A stretch of 64,000 bases of DNA from positions 94,311,352-94,375,351 of the forward strand of contig JASCQW010000162.1 in assembly GCA_030264375.1 (NCBI GenBank), in the 5' to 3' direction. The notes below the pieces were generated by a model. It had not been told where the DNA came from. It ran no database searches and saw only the letters and a program-made list of their open reading frames with translations. Source of the DNA: Carcharhinus longimanus. Taxonomy: Eukaryota. Positions 12,175-25,001 of this stretch are shown here, piece after piece; position 1 is the stretch's first letter, and the number at the start of each line of letters is the position of its first letter. The position numbers and the translations under genes were made by a program.

Positions 12175-14183
12175 NNNNNNNNNNNNNNNNNNNNNNNNNN
12201 NNNNNNNNNNNNNNNNNNNNNNNNNNNNNNNNNNNNNNNNNNNNNNNNNNNNNNNNNNNNNNNNNNNNNNNNNNGCAATCTAGTCCCTAAAGGATTGGGC
12301 ACCATGTTTAAAGGCCCCCCCACACCAGGTTCACTATGGAACCCCCCCATCACCCACTACCACCCTGGCACTGCCCAGGAATGACCCTTTCCACCCTGTG
12401 CGATGCACTCACCTGAGCTCCCTGGGAGGTCTGCTCACCAAGTGCATGCCTTGGGAAATAAGTCAGGTGTTATGCCAGAGTGGGGGAGGAGGGACGATTC
12501 AGGTGTACAGGCCTAATAACGACGTGTTGATTTATTCAAATGATGTTCTCAGTGTTCATCTCATTGACAGGAGTAGGGAGACAACCAACAAAACCATGAT
12601 GCGATTGGGAGCAGAAAGTCCCAGTCAATGATTTATATTCCACTGGAAAATAAGGGGTCACAATTTTCTGGAATTCTTGTATTATTTAGGTTTCTTAGTT
12701 CCCTATTGTTATCAACCTAACACACTATAAATAGCAAATTGATAGCACTCCCTGGATTGTACATGATGATAAATTAAATAATTACCTCATTCAGCTATAA
12801 TGGAATTGTAGTAGTAATGTCTGCTATAGGGTAGCTTATAATTTGACATGAATTGTTACATCTATGCTACAAATGTTAGGTCTCTAAATGAGAGAGATTG
12901 AAGGCTACGCAAGCAAACATGAGCCTGAAAAAAAACTGTGAATCTGGTCACCTATTACCCAGTAACTCATTGTTTATACAGTTCTCACCAACTTAACTAT
13001 TCAGCTTGCTTCTAGGCACAAGGCTATGCTGAACTAAAAGGTTAATGACTTTGAGCTGTGGAGTTTGAACTTGGCATTAGGGCAACCAAAATGAGGTCAG
13101 AAACAGATGTAAATTCAGATGATTGGGGAATATTAATACAACCCATTCAAAGTACCACAATCTGATAGAAGAAAATAAAAACAAGAAACCAGGTTTCATG
13201 CAGATGTTTTAAGCCCCTTGATGACTCCTGAAATTAACAGTTCTGTTCATTCCTTAGCTATCATAAGCCAAAATACGTTTTTCACCTGAAGATTAGATTA
13301 GATAGACATTTAGCAATTACATTTTCAGAAAGGTTAACAAATGTTAATTACAATGCAGCCTATCACTGTTAAACCAAAGAGCTATGATTTTCTGGAATGC
13401 TCATGTTATCTGGACTTTCTAGCTCCCTGCTCATAGCAATCTAACATTTCACAATGTTTATATTCCAGCAAGTTACAGTGTAAGGCACAGTCAATGGCTT
13501 CCTACATTACTACAGCAACTATACTTCATTGACTGGAAAGCGTTTTGAGACATTCAGTGGCCGTGAAGCATTCTATATAAATGCAATTATTTCTCTCCTA
13601 CCCTATGTACCTCACAACACCTGCTGTATTTATTGAAAAGATCTACTGCCTGAAGCAAGCTTCATGGAACCATGTGACACTTTGCTTTCATCATTACTCT
13701 CTAATGTAGAATCTTGTCAAGTGTTTTCTCTTTGAAAATCTAACTCTATTTCATCTACCATCTTTTTTCTTTCATAGAGAAGTATTTGAACAGCTCCAGT
13801 TAGTCAATAATGATTAAATCCTGCCCCAATGATCTGTAACATGTTGTCTAAATTGAATTATCACAAAATTGAATAGAATTAAGATGGTTTAAAAAAAACT
13901 TACTTTTGCAAATTCATACGTGTTATCAAACTGTTCTTACTCAGAAGTTAGAGAAATTTCTGAACTTCACAAATTTTCCTCCTCTGTCACAGATCAAGTG
14001 GTTTCAAATTTTCAAGTTCCTATCACAGGAGAGAAAAGATAGATTCTTTAATTTAGAGGTTGTCTCTTATGAAATATTTTGCAACTCAAATGTGGTGAAA
14101 TAAATTATTCTTACCATTTATTCTGATTCAATTTTGTGAGCATTCAATTCAAATTGCTCTCAATCATTGATGTCAAGGATGGT

Positions 14184-14300
14184 CACAATAAGAAGTCTCA
14201 CAACAACAGGTTTAAGTCCAACAGGTTTATTTGGAAGCTTTCAGAACACCGCTCCTTCTAGGAGCAGCCCTCCCCAGTCCAACACCAGCATCTCCACATC
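14184..14300. mobile_element. Miniature copy of the 4088-4571 PLE-type element
   Basis: Same termini as the 4088 element in opposite orientation; flanks ATGTCAAGGATGGT (14170-14183) / ATGTCAGGGATGGT (14301-14314). Confidence 0.7.
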
Positions 14301-15069
14301 ATGTCAGGGATGGTGTGATGTGTCTTGAGATTTTCAGTATTTTTCAACTTTTCTTGTCTTGCATGCTTGGATTGGACTATCTTGCTTTACACAAGATGTT
14401 TTTCAAATAAATGTCTGTTCCAGTACTTAACTGTAGGAGTGTTCAAAAGCAATTCAAAATACCATTTTCTAACACTAAATACATCACAGAACTGTTAACG
14501 CTTCCATTAAATAAAAGTTACAGTGAAGAAATTTTTCATAATCAGAAGAAAAATAGACGTAATAATTTAATTTTGTGCAAAAACAACGGTGTTATTCTCT
14601 ACATTTGTATATTATCATATATTATTCATGATTTTGTAATTGGATCTGCACAATCAAATTCCTCCCTTGTTTTCACTTCATCTTGTGTTGGAGCTAAAGG
14701 CTGCATTGAAGAATATCAAATCACAATACTGTTTTTAAGATGTGGTGAATAGAAAAAGTATCAAAGAAAAGAACAAGGTTTCAGATGAGACTATTCCCAC
14801 CCATCTGAAAAAACAATCTCTTTGTACCTGAGCCATGTTTATGTATCACATTAGGAGGTGGAAGGTTGTGATCCAAATAAGCATTTCTGTATTGTAATAA
14901 GTTCAGAAGTAACCTAAATCCAGAACAAATCTAAACTAAGAATTGTTAATGAACTGTTAATAATAGAGGATATGTCATGGCTAGTGATGAGGATAATGAG
15001 GATTTTCACCAGTGAAATTGATAAGATGGCCCATATAATGAAATCACAAATGTAGTTACATCAACTTCA

Positions 15070-15435
15070 TTTTGATTTGATTTGATTTATTATTGCCACA
15101 TGTTTTAATATACGGCGAAAAGTATTGTTTCTTACATGCTATACAGACAAGGCACACCATTCATTGAGAAGGAAAGGAGAGAGTGCAGAATGTAGTGTTA
15201 CTGTCAAAGTTAAGGTTTAGAGAAAGATCAACTTACTGGGAGGTATGTCCATTCAAATGTCTGATGACAACAGGGATAAGTTGTTCTTACGTCAGTTGGT
15301 ATGTGACCGCAGATGTTTGTATCTGTTCTCTACAGAAGAAGGTGGAAGAGAGTGTATCTGGGGTGCATGGGGTCCTTGCTTATGCTGGCTGCTTTTCCAA
15401 GGCAGCAGGAAGTGTAGCCAGAGTCAATGGATGGG
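15070..15435 (-). mobile_element. LINE 3' end (probably Rex1/Babar-type)
   Basis: (TTTGA)n TTTATTATTG tail, i.e. AATAAA plus (TCAAA)n on the minus strand, followed by LINE-like 3' sequence. Confidence 0.5.
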
Positions 15436-15530
15436 ATACATGGGATACATATACATGCAATAACCCTCATGACTGAATTCATGGCACGTTTGGGATGTTT
15501 CCAAGTGAAAAATTGTATAATATGTCAGTT

Positions 15531-15604
15531 GGCACCATAGTTTAGTTGGTAAAAACATCTGTCTATTCAATAGAAGATTCTGAGTTCACATCCCTGTGGT
15601 GCCT
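15531..15604 (+). pseudogene. tRNA-Thr(AGT)-derived pseudogene
   Basis: 74 nt, ungapped ~75% match to vertebrate tRNA-Thr-AGT recalled from memory (GGCGCCGTGG...GGTGCCT); acceptor stem GGCACCA/TGGTGCC intact; anticodon loop and B-box mutated. Confidence 0.7.
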
Positions 15605-15682
15605 GGGTCCTTTTGGTCAAAAGATCTTTTTAAATCAAATCCATCCAGAAATAGTGTTGGCAAAATTGTGATATTACACAGC

Positions 15683-15985
15683 TGGCACAGTGGCACAGTG
15701 GTTAGTACTACTGTCTCTCAGCGTCCGAGACAGGGTTTAGTTCCAGGGTGACTGTGCAGAGTTTGCACATTCTCCCCAAGTCTGAATGGTGCTCCACCTT
15801 CTTCCCACAGTCCAAAGATGTGTTAGGTGGACTGGCCATGCTAAATTGCCCTTTAGTGTCCCAAAATGTGTAGGTTCGAGGAATCGGTGGGAAAAATACA
15901 GGGATAGGACTTGGGTAAAAGTCAATGCAGACTTGATGGGTTGAATAGCCTCCTTCTGCACTGTAGGCATTCTTGGATTCTATGA
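15683..15985 (+). mobile_element. HE1/V-SINE-type SINE
   Basis: GGCACAGTGGTTAG head, V-domain and CR1-like tail. Confidence 0.8.
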
Positions 15986-16934
15986 AACATCAGTTTCACA
16001 TTGGTAATCAAAAAAAAGGAAAATGCTATGTGGTGAAGACACTTCGCCAATTTGATGTAACAGTTTGAGTTTAAAGCAAGCCTGTAATTCAACAGACAAC
16101 ACCCATTGCATACCTTCAAAAATATATTGTACTTTCTTTACAAAGTTACAAAAAGTTGACAAATATGTTTCTTTGTATTAAATCTATTCACATATTTTTC
16201 AAGGATGTTGTAAGTATTTTTGTTCTCCTGAGACGAATGTCCAAAAATTTGTCAGAAACATAATGTGTTTTGATCTGGATCAAATTTGGAAGACCATGCT
16301 AGCAGCTTTTCACTTTATACATTGGTACATGACACTGATCTTGACTTCATGTCTACTTGCTAGTTATTGAGGACTGAAAAATACTTTTCTCTGACTCTTT
16401 CGCTTTAACACATCAGAGAGCAGCCTTTACCCATCACCCAGGTCTGGTACTCCAACAGACTAAAATTTCCAAATTTCCAATGCTCAGGAGAGGAGAAGGA
16501 GTAGAGAAAGTAGATGGTGGAAAGAAGGAATTGAATAAGGGAGGATGGCTGAAAATATGATGAGATAGAGAAGCATCTGAATTTATGTGTGTAAGGTGAG
16601 GGAATCTTGGAGTTTATCTGTACAGGGTATTGTATTCCATTTTGTTTTATGAACGTCTTGCATTTTTTGTATTGGATTTCAGTTTTGCTCATTTCACTCC
16701 TTGTGTATTTGGCGTTGATGTTGCATTTTGTGTGTATTACAATCTTACGCTTGCATATTGAGGCTTGTATTTTTGCGTAATCATGTGGTACTCAATCATT
16801 GTTTTTGACATATGTATTTGGTCCTCAGCTCCAAAAAATCCTGCCTTCAGATACACAAAAATGCATTTACAAAACCTCATAGATGTCAAATGAATATCAT
16901 GTTGTACTTAGTCCTAACTGTCAATGAGTCAAAG

Positions 16935-17620
16935 TCAATCATCCCTTTGTCTCACTGACCTACATTGGCCATTGGTTAAGCAATGCCTCAGGGAGATTAG
17001 AAGGGTAAATATGTGGGGTTATGGGGATAGGGCCTGGGTGGGATTGTTATTGGCGCAGGCTCGATGGGTCAAATGGCCTCTTCTGCACTGTAAGGATTGT
17101 ATGATTCTCTGATTAGTTGGCAAGTAATGCTCCACTTCGCAATACCTCAATTCTAAAATTATCATCCTTGTTTTTTGCGGTTGTGTCTTCAGCTGCCTGG
17201 GACCTAAACTCAGGAATTCCATCCATAAGCTTCACACCTCTCTTTCCTTCTTTACAATGTTTCTTAAAATCAATCTGTTTCACTAAGTTTCAGGTCACNN
17301 NNNNNNNNNNNNNNNNNNNNNNNNNNNNNNNNNNNNNNNNNNNNNNNNNNNNNNNNNNNNNNNNNNNNNNNNNNNNNNNNNNNNNNNNNNNNNNNNNNTC
17401 CCCGTGTCTGCGTGGGTTTCCTCCGGGTGCTCCAATTTCCCCCTACAGTCCAAAGATGAGAGGCTTAGGTGGATTGGCCATGCTAAAATTGCCCCTGACT
17501 GTCAGGGGGACCAGGTAGGGTAAATGTATGGGATAATGGGGAGAGGGCCTGGGTGGGATTGTGGCCGGTGCAGACTTGATGGGCCGAAAGGCCTCTCTCT
17601 GCATTGTAGAGATTCTATGA
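16935..17620 (+). mobile_element. L2-like 3' fragment interrupted by an HE1 tail (16990-17112), followed by an HE1 SINE (17398-17620)
   Basis: CATTGG..GGTTAAGCAATGCCTC...TCTAAAATTATCATCCTTGTT L2-like sequence split by an HE1 3' segment; V-domain after the N gap. Confidence 0.6.
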
Positions 17621-18283
17621 AATTACCATCAGTCAGTCCTGCCCCTCAAAGGGGACAGCAGCCCATGGTCACCTGGGACTATAGTGACTTTATCTTTTAC
17701 TTTTACGATTTCATAGTTAATATTTTGCATTCCTGGCCACAAGAATTTCATATTTTTAATGGTGTTTGTCAAACCCCAATTGTAATTAGGAATCAGTGAG
17801 CTTTTGTGATGTTTTGCTACATTATAGGTGCTACACAAATGCAAGTTATTGTTTTTAAGGTGTTCAGCCAAACTATGAAGCTATCAATAGTCATGTACAT
17901 TTTCACAAACTGATCCTATCAAATAATATGAACTGATTATTGATGCAATAACATTGCTGTTATTATCAGACCTAACTATGTAAGGGAACATAAAAATTTG
18001 TAAGTTAGTTAAAAATCAGTAAATATTTTAAAGCAAAATGAAGTGCAAAAAAATCAGGACAATAATTGGAAAGGACAAGCACTGTCATTATAATATTTCT
18101 ATAAATTATACATAAATGATTCCCTTAAAAGTACTCTCTGACAGTTCTTTCATCTACTTACATGTTCCTCAAATTGCATCACAAGAATGTCTACACCAGT
18201 ACATAAAGGTATCTTGAGGTCCACTTACAGAAGAGAAGTTTTCCTCAACTAAATTCAGAACAGCTACAGTTTCAGAATTATTA

Positions 18284-20180
18284 GGCTGGGTTTTGCTGAG
18301 ATCCCTGGAATGCCAGCACCAGGATCACTTGGTCCTGACCTCGCTGGAGTTCAGAGTGCAACATACATCAGCGTCTTGTCAGAGGTATTGGGTGACATCT
18401 ACCTAATTACATATAGATCAGCAGGTGGTAGGAAGAAGTGGATGCAGCTCCAGAGAGTGGATGCAGCTCCAGAGAGTTTCAATAATGAGAGAACAGGGCT
18501 TCAGAGCATTATTCCACTTCTCTCCCTGCATTTAGTGCTGCACTGAGGCAGACTTTCACCTGTTTCCATAGTTAATAATTTCTGGAACAGGTCGCTAGTT
18601 TGGCATAGCCCAGCAGTTCAATGATACCTCCCTGGTAGCCAAGCTAGTGAGAGCCAAGTGGATCATTCTATTTCCAGGGAGTGGCAGGATAAGGCCTGTC
18701 AGGCTAACTAAGGAGGTATGGCTGGAGGTCACAGGAAGGTCAGCAACTTCAGTGTGGGTAGTAGGACACCATTTTCACATTTGATGAGTGGAAAGCCTTC
18801 CTGTCGATGAACACTGCAGGCTGAGACAGCCAAGCTTTGATGGTCATGTGTGTAGTCAATCATGGTCTGTAACTGAGGGAAAACTACCATTGAGGCAAAC
18901 CCTATCGCCCTCTGTGTCAGACTGACTGCATCAAAGTCAATGGCCTCTGAAAAAAGAGCATCCTTTTGCTGATGGATACTGCTATGGACAGCTGATTGTG
19001 AAATCCCAACTGCTGCCAACCCTGAAACAAGTCAGATGCTAGGAAGTTCAAGATTAGATTGACTATTACTGGCAGAAAGTCTCCCAACCCCATGGTCCCT
19101 CTCCCCCTACCTCCCCGGTCCTCCTTCCCACTCATACCCCCCAATAAACCCAGGTCCTTATGGCATAAGGTAATTTTCCAGGAGTCTGCAGAATTCAGTC
19201 ACTGTCTGTTTGGTTGGATGAAGCCATAACCAGCACTGAGCTCTGATATGCTCAGGAAACCTACCCTCTGCTGCTACATTTGTCTCCATGGGTATTAACA
19301 GTTCCAGGCAGCAGGTGGTCGAGGAAATCATTTGGCCCCGCTATGTGCCGCTCTCCTGTGGCTATGTCTGAGGCTAAGTGAACATGAAGAGGAAGCAGGT
19401 GGTGTCCACTGATGCTAGTGAGACCTTCCGTGACTGGTGGGCTCTGCAGGTGCTGGAGTTCCGCCATTAATCCGCATCGTGACATTTTAATTTGATTTGG
19501 CAAGTTTTCTTTAAGATTTTTGTCTTTTGTTCAGTGCCCCTTTAAGGGGCTATCACTTTAGTTTGAAAGGCCTTCTGGCTCCTCCTACCCCTCCACCAGC
19601 ATCTCTGCATCTGCGTCAACAAGGCTTTGAGTCTGAGGCTGCAGCTCATCCCCATTGATTCAACCTATTTCTGAGTAAGTGGTGCCTATATTCAGATACA
19701 GCCTCAACCACTAGGATCACAGCTGGCAAATTGGCCTTGCACTGCACAGTTTGAGCCATTCTCCAAGGTCCTCACGCTCAGTCAGTACTCCCAGTCTGAG
19801 AGTTCTGCTTATACAATGGCAGCTCATTGATGACATGAGCTCCTATTTGCTGATTTCCCCCTTTTATACCGAGGATTTAATGTCTGCCACTTCAGTTAAA
19901 GGTTTCCCACTGTGAAACCGCCTCATCTGCATAGACATGATACTGACACAGCATGGGGCTTATGCACCTCTGATCAAATTGCAACACTGTGCTAAACGGC
20001 CTCTCAGGTGCCTGCTTAATTGCCCTAATTGCCCACCTGCTGTTATCTCGATCCCAAACCAGTGGAAGTATGAAACTAGTTGCCAATATGTTTCTCGCTA
20101 ATGGGGTTATTTACAGAATACAGCATTGCAAATGTCTGCTTCCTATCTACCCACCCACCAAGTGTCCCAGAAGTCAGTCT
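18284..20180 (-). mobile_element. Decayed PIF/Harbinger transposon with HARBI1-like transposase remnant
   Basis: Frameshifted minus-strand reading LPVIVNLILNFLASDLFQG / GISQSAVHSSI...DALF...QRAIGFASMVVFPQLQTMIDYTH, equivalent to the Harbinger transposase LPV...LNF.ASGSFQ, GISQS.VH and GFP.V.GAIDCTH motifs. Confidence 0.75.
19294..19564 (+). mobile_element. Tx1-like LINE 3' fragment (copy A)
   Basis: Inverted copy of 20241-20496. Confidence 0.7.
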
Positions 20181-20240
20181 TAATTTACTCTTTGGAGCTT
20201 TAACTGTTAACACGTGGGAAAATTAGCAAATTAGCCAATT

Positions 20241-20625
20241 AAACTAAAGTGATAGCCCCTTAAACGGGCACTGCAACAAAAGACAACATCTTAAAGAAAA
20301 CTTGCTAAATCAAATTAAAATGTCATGATGGAAACCAATGGTGGAACTCCAGCACCTGCAGAGCCCATCAGTCACGGAGGGTCTCACTAGCACCAGTGGA
20401 CACCATCCTCTTCATATTCACCTGGCCTCAGGCATAGCCACAGAAGAGCGGCACACAGTGGGGCCAGATGACCACCTGCTGCCTGGAGTTGTTAATGGGC
20501 AGCTTTGCCAGGGCTAGGAGCAGCCTTACAAGGAGGTCCTCGTCTCTCCCTGCTGTCCTCTGCACTGAGTGGCAAAAGATCAGGAGGATGGGGCTGAAGT
20601 GCAATTTAAGCTTGAGGAGCAACTC
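20241..20625 (-). mobile_element. Tx1-like LINE 3' fragment (copy B)
   Basis: Translation LHFSPILLIF...EDLLVRLLLALAKLPINNSRQ...CVPLFCGY resembles the Tx1-clade ORF2 C-terminus (LL..AK.AI..SR). Confidence 0.7.
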
Positions 20626-23619
20626 AGTAAAATAACTAAAAAGGTAGTGCTTTTTCCCGTAGCCTATGTATTATTATTGTTATATGTACTTAATTAAACA
20701 ATGCTCTTTAACTGGTATGTTGACAATATAGTTACCATGCCATTAATGTCCATTGCTAATGGACAGTTGGCCATCCTACCTGTGAAGATGCCTCCAGAAA
20801 ATTCATGCAGTGGCAACAACAGGTCAGACATGTCACTTTGCAGGCAAGTTTACCAGCTGACTCATCTCCTAACCCATAGCAGTATCCAACTAATTATGTC
20901 TCAAAGTGTGAGAAACACAGCTCACAGTTAAACAATTTAGTCAAGTCAAGTTCTGAAGGAGCAAGATTTTATTTGACGTTCNNNNNNNNNNNNNNNNNNN
21001 NNNNNNNNNNNNNNNNNNNNNNNNNNNNNNNNNNNNNNNNNNNNNNNNNNNNNNNNNNNNNNNNNNNNNNNNNNNNNNNNNATCTATTTAACTTTAAGCT
21101 ATTTCTCTATGCTCCACAAATATATGTGTTAACAACATCTTTACCTATTGCTCACAAAAGGAATAGAGCTGTTTGCTTTTAGTACGATTCTTCAGTTCCT
21201 TCCACTCGGGACGAAAAGTAATTTCTCCAAATTACGTTCAGTATCTACTTTCATTGAATAACTAAACTGCTGTTTAATTGTTACTTTTGTTGCCAATGTT
21301 TTTGGCATGTTCACCTAATGCTTAATAGTTAAACTACCTGAAATTTGTTAGAAGTTATTGGAAATAAAGTTGATGTGAAAACATTCCATAAATCAAACAA
21401 ATTGTTCAAATAATTTACAAATTGGAACTAGTGATTTATGGAAAAGAAGTTACACTTTTGATGACCATAGCAACTCACAACTCTCACATGGCAAAGGCAT
21501 GGTGGGGTTTGGCAAACTATTCTTCTTAAAGTACGAATTTCTATTATAACTTAGAAATTAAAAACAAATGCATTTTGGACTGTTAAACATAATGCTGTAG
21601 ACATGGTCACATTTATGAATGCCAGTAATGCATGAGATCCATTATTTAGTAAGATTTTGAGAGATTTTGTTGGCATCTGAACAGCAATAACTAGCATTAG
21701 TGCCTATGTTAAGGACAAAGAGGCCAACTATATACTGCCAATTTGAGAAACGTCCCATCCATTGACATTAAGAAACAAGTTGCATGTTTCAGTATCAAAG
21801 CCAAAGCATATTCACTTAGGCCTTCTCACATTACTACTATTATTTAACACTGTGCCACGACTCATTTAAGTCTTTAAAGTTCAGGGGCCAAATAAGCAAA
21901 TCTTACATAAAACAGTCTGCCAATTTTCTATTAGTTTCTAATAGTTTTTCAGATAAAATAGCCAACAACATGAATGGTGGATTTTATGGCCTTGGTTGTC
22001 TCGAACCATAAAATTTTGCCCAAGGTCAGTGGACCTTTCCATGGTCTGCCCTTCGCCCTCTCCAATTCCCATGGCAGACAGATCAGTAAAATTCCAGCCT
22101 GTGAACCAATTGAGGTGGAGAAGGAGGGGGGAGGTCTAAAAACTCCTCAATTTAGAGCCTAAATTTATCTGATTTTTTTTAATCTCAACACCTTTGGAAT
22201 TAACTGTGAAATTATTCCCATCAGCTGAAGCAATCTCGTATTTCAGGAAATACTTTGAGATTTCTTAAATCAACATTAATCAAAAGATATAGAAAACATT
22301 CCACTCCAGCTCAATTATTTAAATTTTAATTTCCATGGAAATCATGGCAACCTTCGTTTTTTGATTTGTAAAGTCAACCTTTACACAAATTCCAATAATT
22401 CTGTAAAACGTTAAGCTGTTTCTCCAACTAAAGTGAACATTTCCACCTCAACTAAGCACAAAGAACCTTGTGAACTTAGTACATGTTAAACTGAATGATG
22501 TGCTTTTTATAAACAACAGCGGCATTACACAATGTGAAACAGATCATTATTTTGCTGCTGAACTGAAGTTGTGTTTAAAATTACTTGTCCTTTACCATTC
22601 TAACTGCTTTTTCCAAATTGGAAGATCTTTGTTTTTTTCTGGTTGTTGGATCTAGGACTGAAGAACCCAAATTATAGTTCTCTCTCTCTCATCATTTTGT
22701 TATGATTGTTTTGTACCTGCAACAAATTGTGACATCTGGAAAGTGAAGTTTGAGAACTAACAACATAAAATAAATGCAAAACATAGATCTGAGTGGTTCA
22801 CCAGTGCCAGAAATTCTGTTTTCTTAGCACAAGGTCGTTATTCTGCAGAATGCTGAATGCAGCATTCGCCTGCTCAGGTGCAATTGTGTGTAACTTAGCA
22901 CATCTCTTCAAAGTATTATCACAGCAACTGCCTGTGTTAGTTAGAAGATAATTATTCTTGAATAACTTGGCTTATTAGAAGTCAATTTGAATTTTTTGTA
23001 CCTTTTCAAAGTGTGATATATAAAGCAAATTATGATAGAATGCATTTTCTATTGATAAGAAGGTTTGGCTGTGAAGTTCAGCCTTGACTGTGAGCTTGCA
23101 TTTGTTGGACAGGTGGCAAATTGTGGGTATCAGAAAGCACAAATGCAGAAAAGAAATGTTGGGGTGAGGACAGGGGCTGGGCTAGAAAGCAAGAGATTCA
23201 AGGTTAAACTATCAAAAGCTTGCACTTCATGTCAGGTAGCAGGACCAGGGCAAAGTAGGGTTTCAGAATGGGCATTAGACAGCATAATACTGTCAACCTC
23301 ATAGATGCCACATTGAACAGGCTCAGTAACAGCTGGCCCTATGATGCAGAGCATCATCCCTTGCAAAGGACAGGGAAAATGCTTGCATATCTATCCCCTG
23401 ATGGTTCTCTGCTGGTCCCCAGTTATGTGCAAAATTAAACTTATTGCACAAGAGAAAGGGCAGAATGAAAGTGAATGTATTGCAGTGACATGTCTGTCAT
23501 AGCTGAACAGTTGAAGAAATCGGGACGAAGGAATTGGTGTGAGGCTGACAGCATTGGCAAGTGTGTGTTGGTGAGATGGAGCATCCGAATGTTAGGCATG
23601 AGTGCTAGTTGCTGCTGGG

Positions 23620-23895
23620 TGAGCAGGCTCAAAGTGAGGGGGCGAGGTTTAACTCCGATATCAGAGGGACGTTTTTTATGCAGAGAGTGGTGGGGGCCTG
23701 GAAAGCACTGCCAAGTAGGGTGGTGGAGGTAGACACGCTGGCGTCGTTTAAGACTTACCTGGAGAGTCACATGAGCAGGCTGGGAATGGAGGGATACAAA
23801 CGAGTGGTCTAGTTGGACCAATGAGCAGCACAGGCTTGGAGGGCCGAAGGCCTGTTTCCTGTGCTGTACTGTTCTTTGTTCTTTTGTTGTTCTTT
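23620..23895 (+). mobile_element. CR1 LINE 3' end
   Basis: LKVRG.RF..DIRGTFFMQRVVGAWKALPSRVVEVDTLASFKTYLESHM plus a (TGTTCTT)n tail. Confidence 0.85.
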
Positions 23896-24294
23896 GATAC
23901 GTTGGTACATTAACCCAAGTGTGAGGTTCGTTGTGTTGTGGGCGGAGATCATGTGAAGATGCATTCATTTGGCCTTAATCACATGTGTGAGGGAGTTCAT
24001 TGATCTTTTACTGGCAGTGTAAGCAGGTCCTCCAGTCTGGACTTTGGGATTTGACCTCCCTGGATACCTGCTCCCTTTCCCTTCAGAGGCCGTGCCTTGA
24101 GACCTCAGCCCCTGTGAAAATATGGCTAAAATTATTTTATTCAATTTGGCAGAAATGTATGTGGCACCTGACACACGCACCACAAGACAATATACTTCTT
24201 GTGACATTCTGATGGTAAGTAGATGTTTCATTGTTCTATTAGGACAGAATTGTTTCATTGTGTAATACCCGATGTGATATTCTGCTGAAGCATT

Positions 24295-24660
24295 AAATTG
24301 TGCCAGCTCGGTTTCAGTGGTTGAATTGTCACATCTGAGTCAGATGTTATGTGTTGAAGTTCCAGTCCAGAAATCTGAACTCACCTAGGCTTTCACTTCA
24401 GCGCAGTACTGAGGGAATACTGTATTACTCCCATTTGGGTGCATTGTTAAGCTAAGGCCACATTTATCCTCTCAACTGGATGCTAAAGATTCCACAGCAT
24501 AACTGTTCAATGGTTAAGGGAGTTTAATAATTGAAATGTGTTTGACCCTTTCATGTTGCAGCTGAAAAGCATCCAATATTCATAACTTTGTTGTTTATCT
24601 GCTGCAGTGTGTGATATCTATACATGCGATATATGCTTAAACATTTTAATGGATAGTGAT
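24295..24660 (+). mobile_element. Decayed Deu-type SINE
   Basis: tRNA-like head (CAGTGGT...TCTGAGTCAGA...GTTGAAGTTCCAGTCCAGA), GCAGTACTGAGGGA and CTCTCAACTGGATGCTAAAGATTCCA. Confidence 0.55.
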
Positions 24661-24664
24661 TATA

Positions 24665-25001
24665 GTCATAGAATCGGAGAATCATAGAATTCATACAGTG
24701 GAGAAGTAGGCCATTTGGCCCATTAAGCCTGCACCAACAATAATCCCACCCAGGCTCCATCCCTGTAACTCCACATATTTACCCTGCTAATCCCTCTGAC
24801 ACTAAGGGAAAATTTAGCACAGCCAATCAACATGACCTGCACATCTTTGGACTGCGGGAGTAAGTTGGAGCACCCAGAGGAAACCCATGCAGACATGGGG
24901 AGAAACTGCAAACTCCACAGAGACAGTCACCCAAGGCTGGAATCGAAACAGGGTCCCCAGCACTGTGAGGCAGCAGTGTAACCACTGTGCCACCATGCCC
25001 C
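24665..25001 (-). mobile_element. HE1/V-SINE-type SINE, full length
   Basis: Complete head, V-domain and (ATTCTATG)n tail on the minus strand. Confidence 0.85.

Noticed and set aside
18437-18477. 19-bp tandem duplication (also 54435-54479 and (TGACCCC)n at 56876-56910)
   Set aside because: Ordinary slippage duplications inside transposon remnants; not CRISPR-like, with no repeat-spacer array.
24153-24220. Exon-like segment bounded by AG and GTAAGT
   Set aside because: No recognisable protein similarity in any frame and no partner exons.
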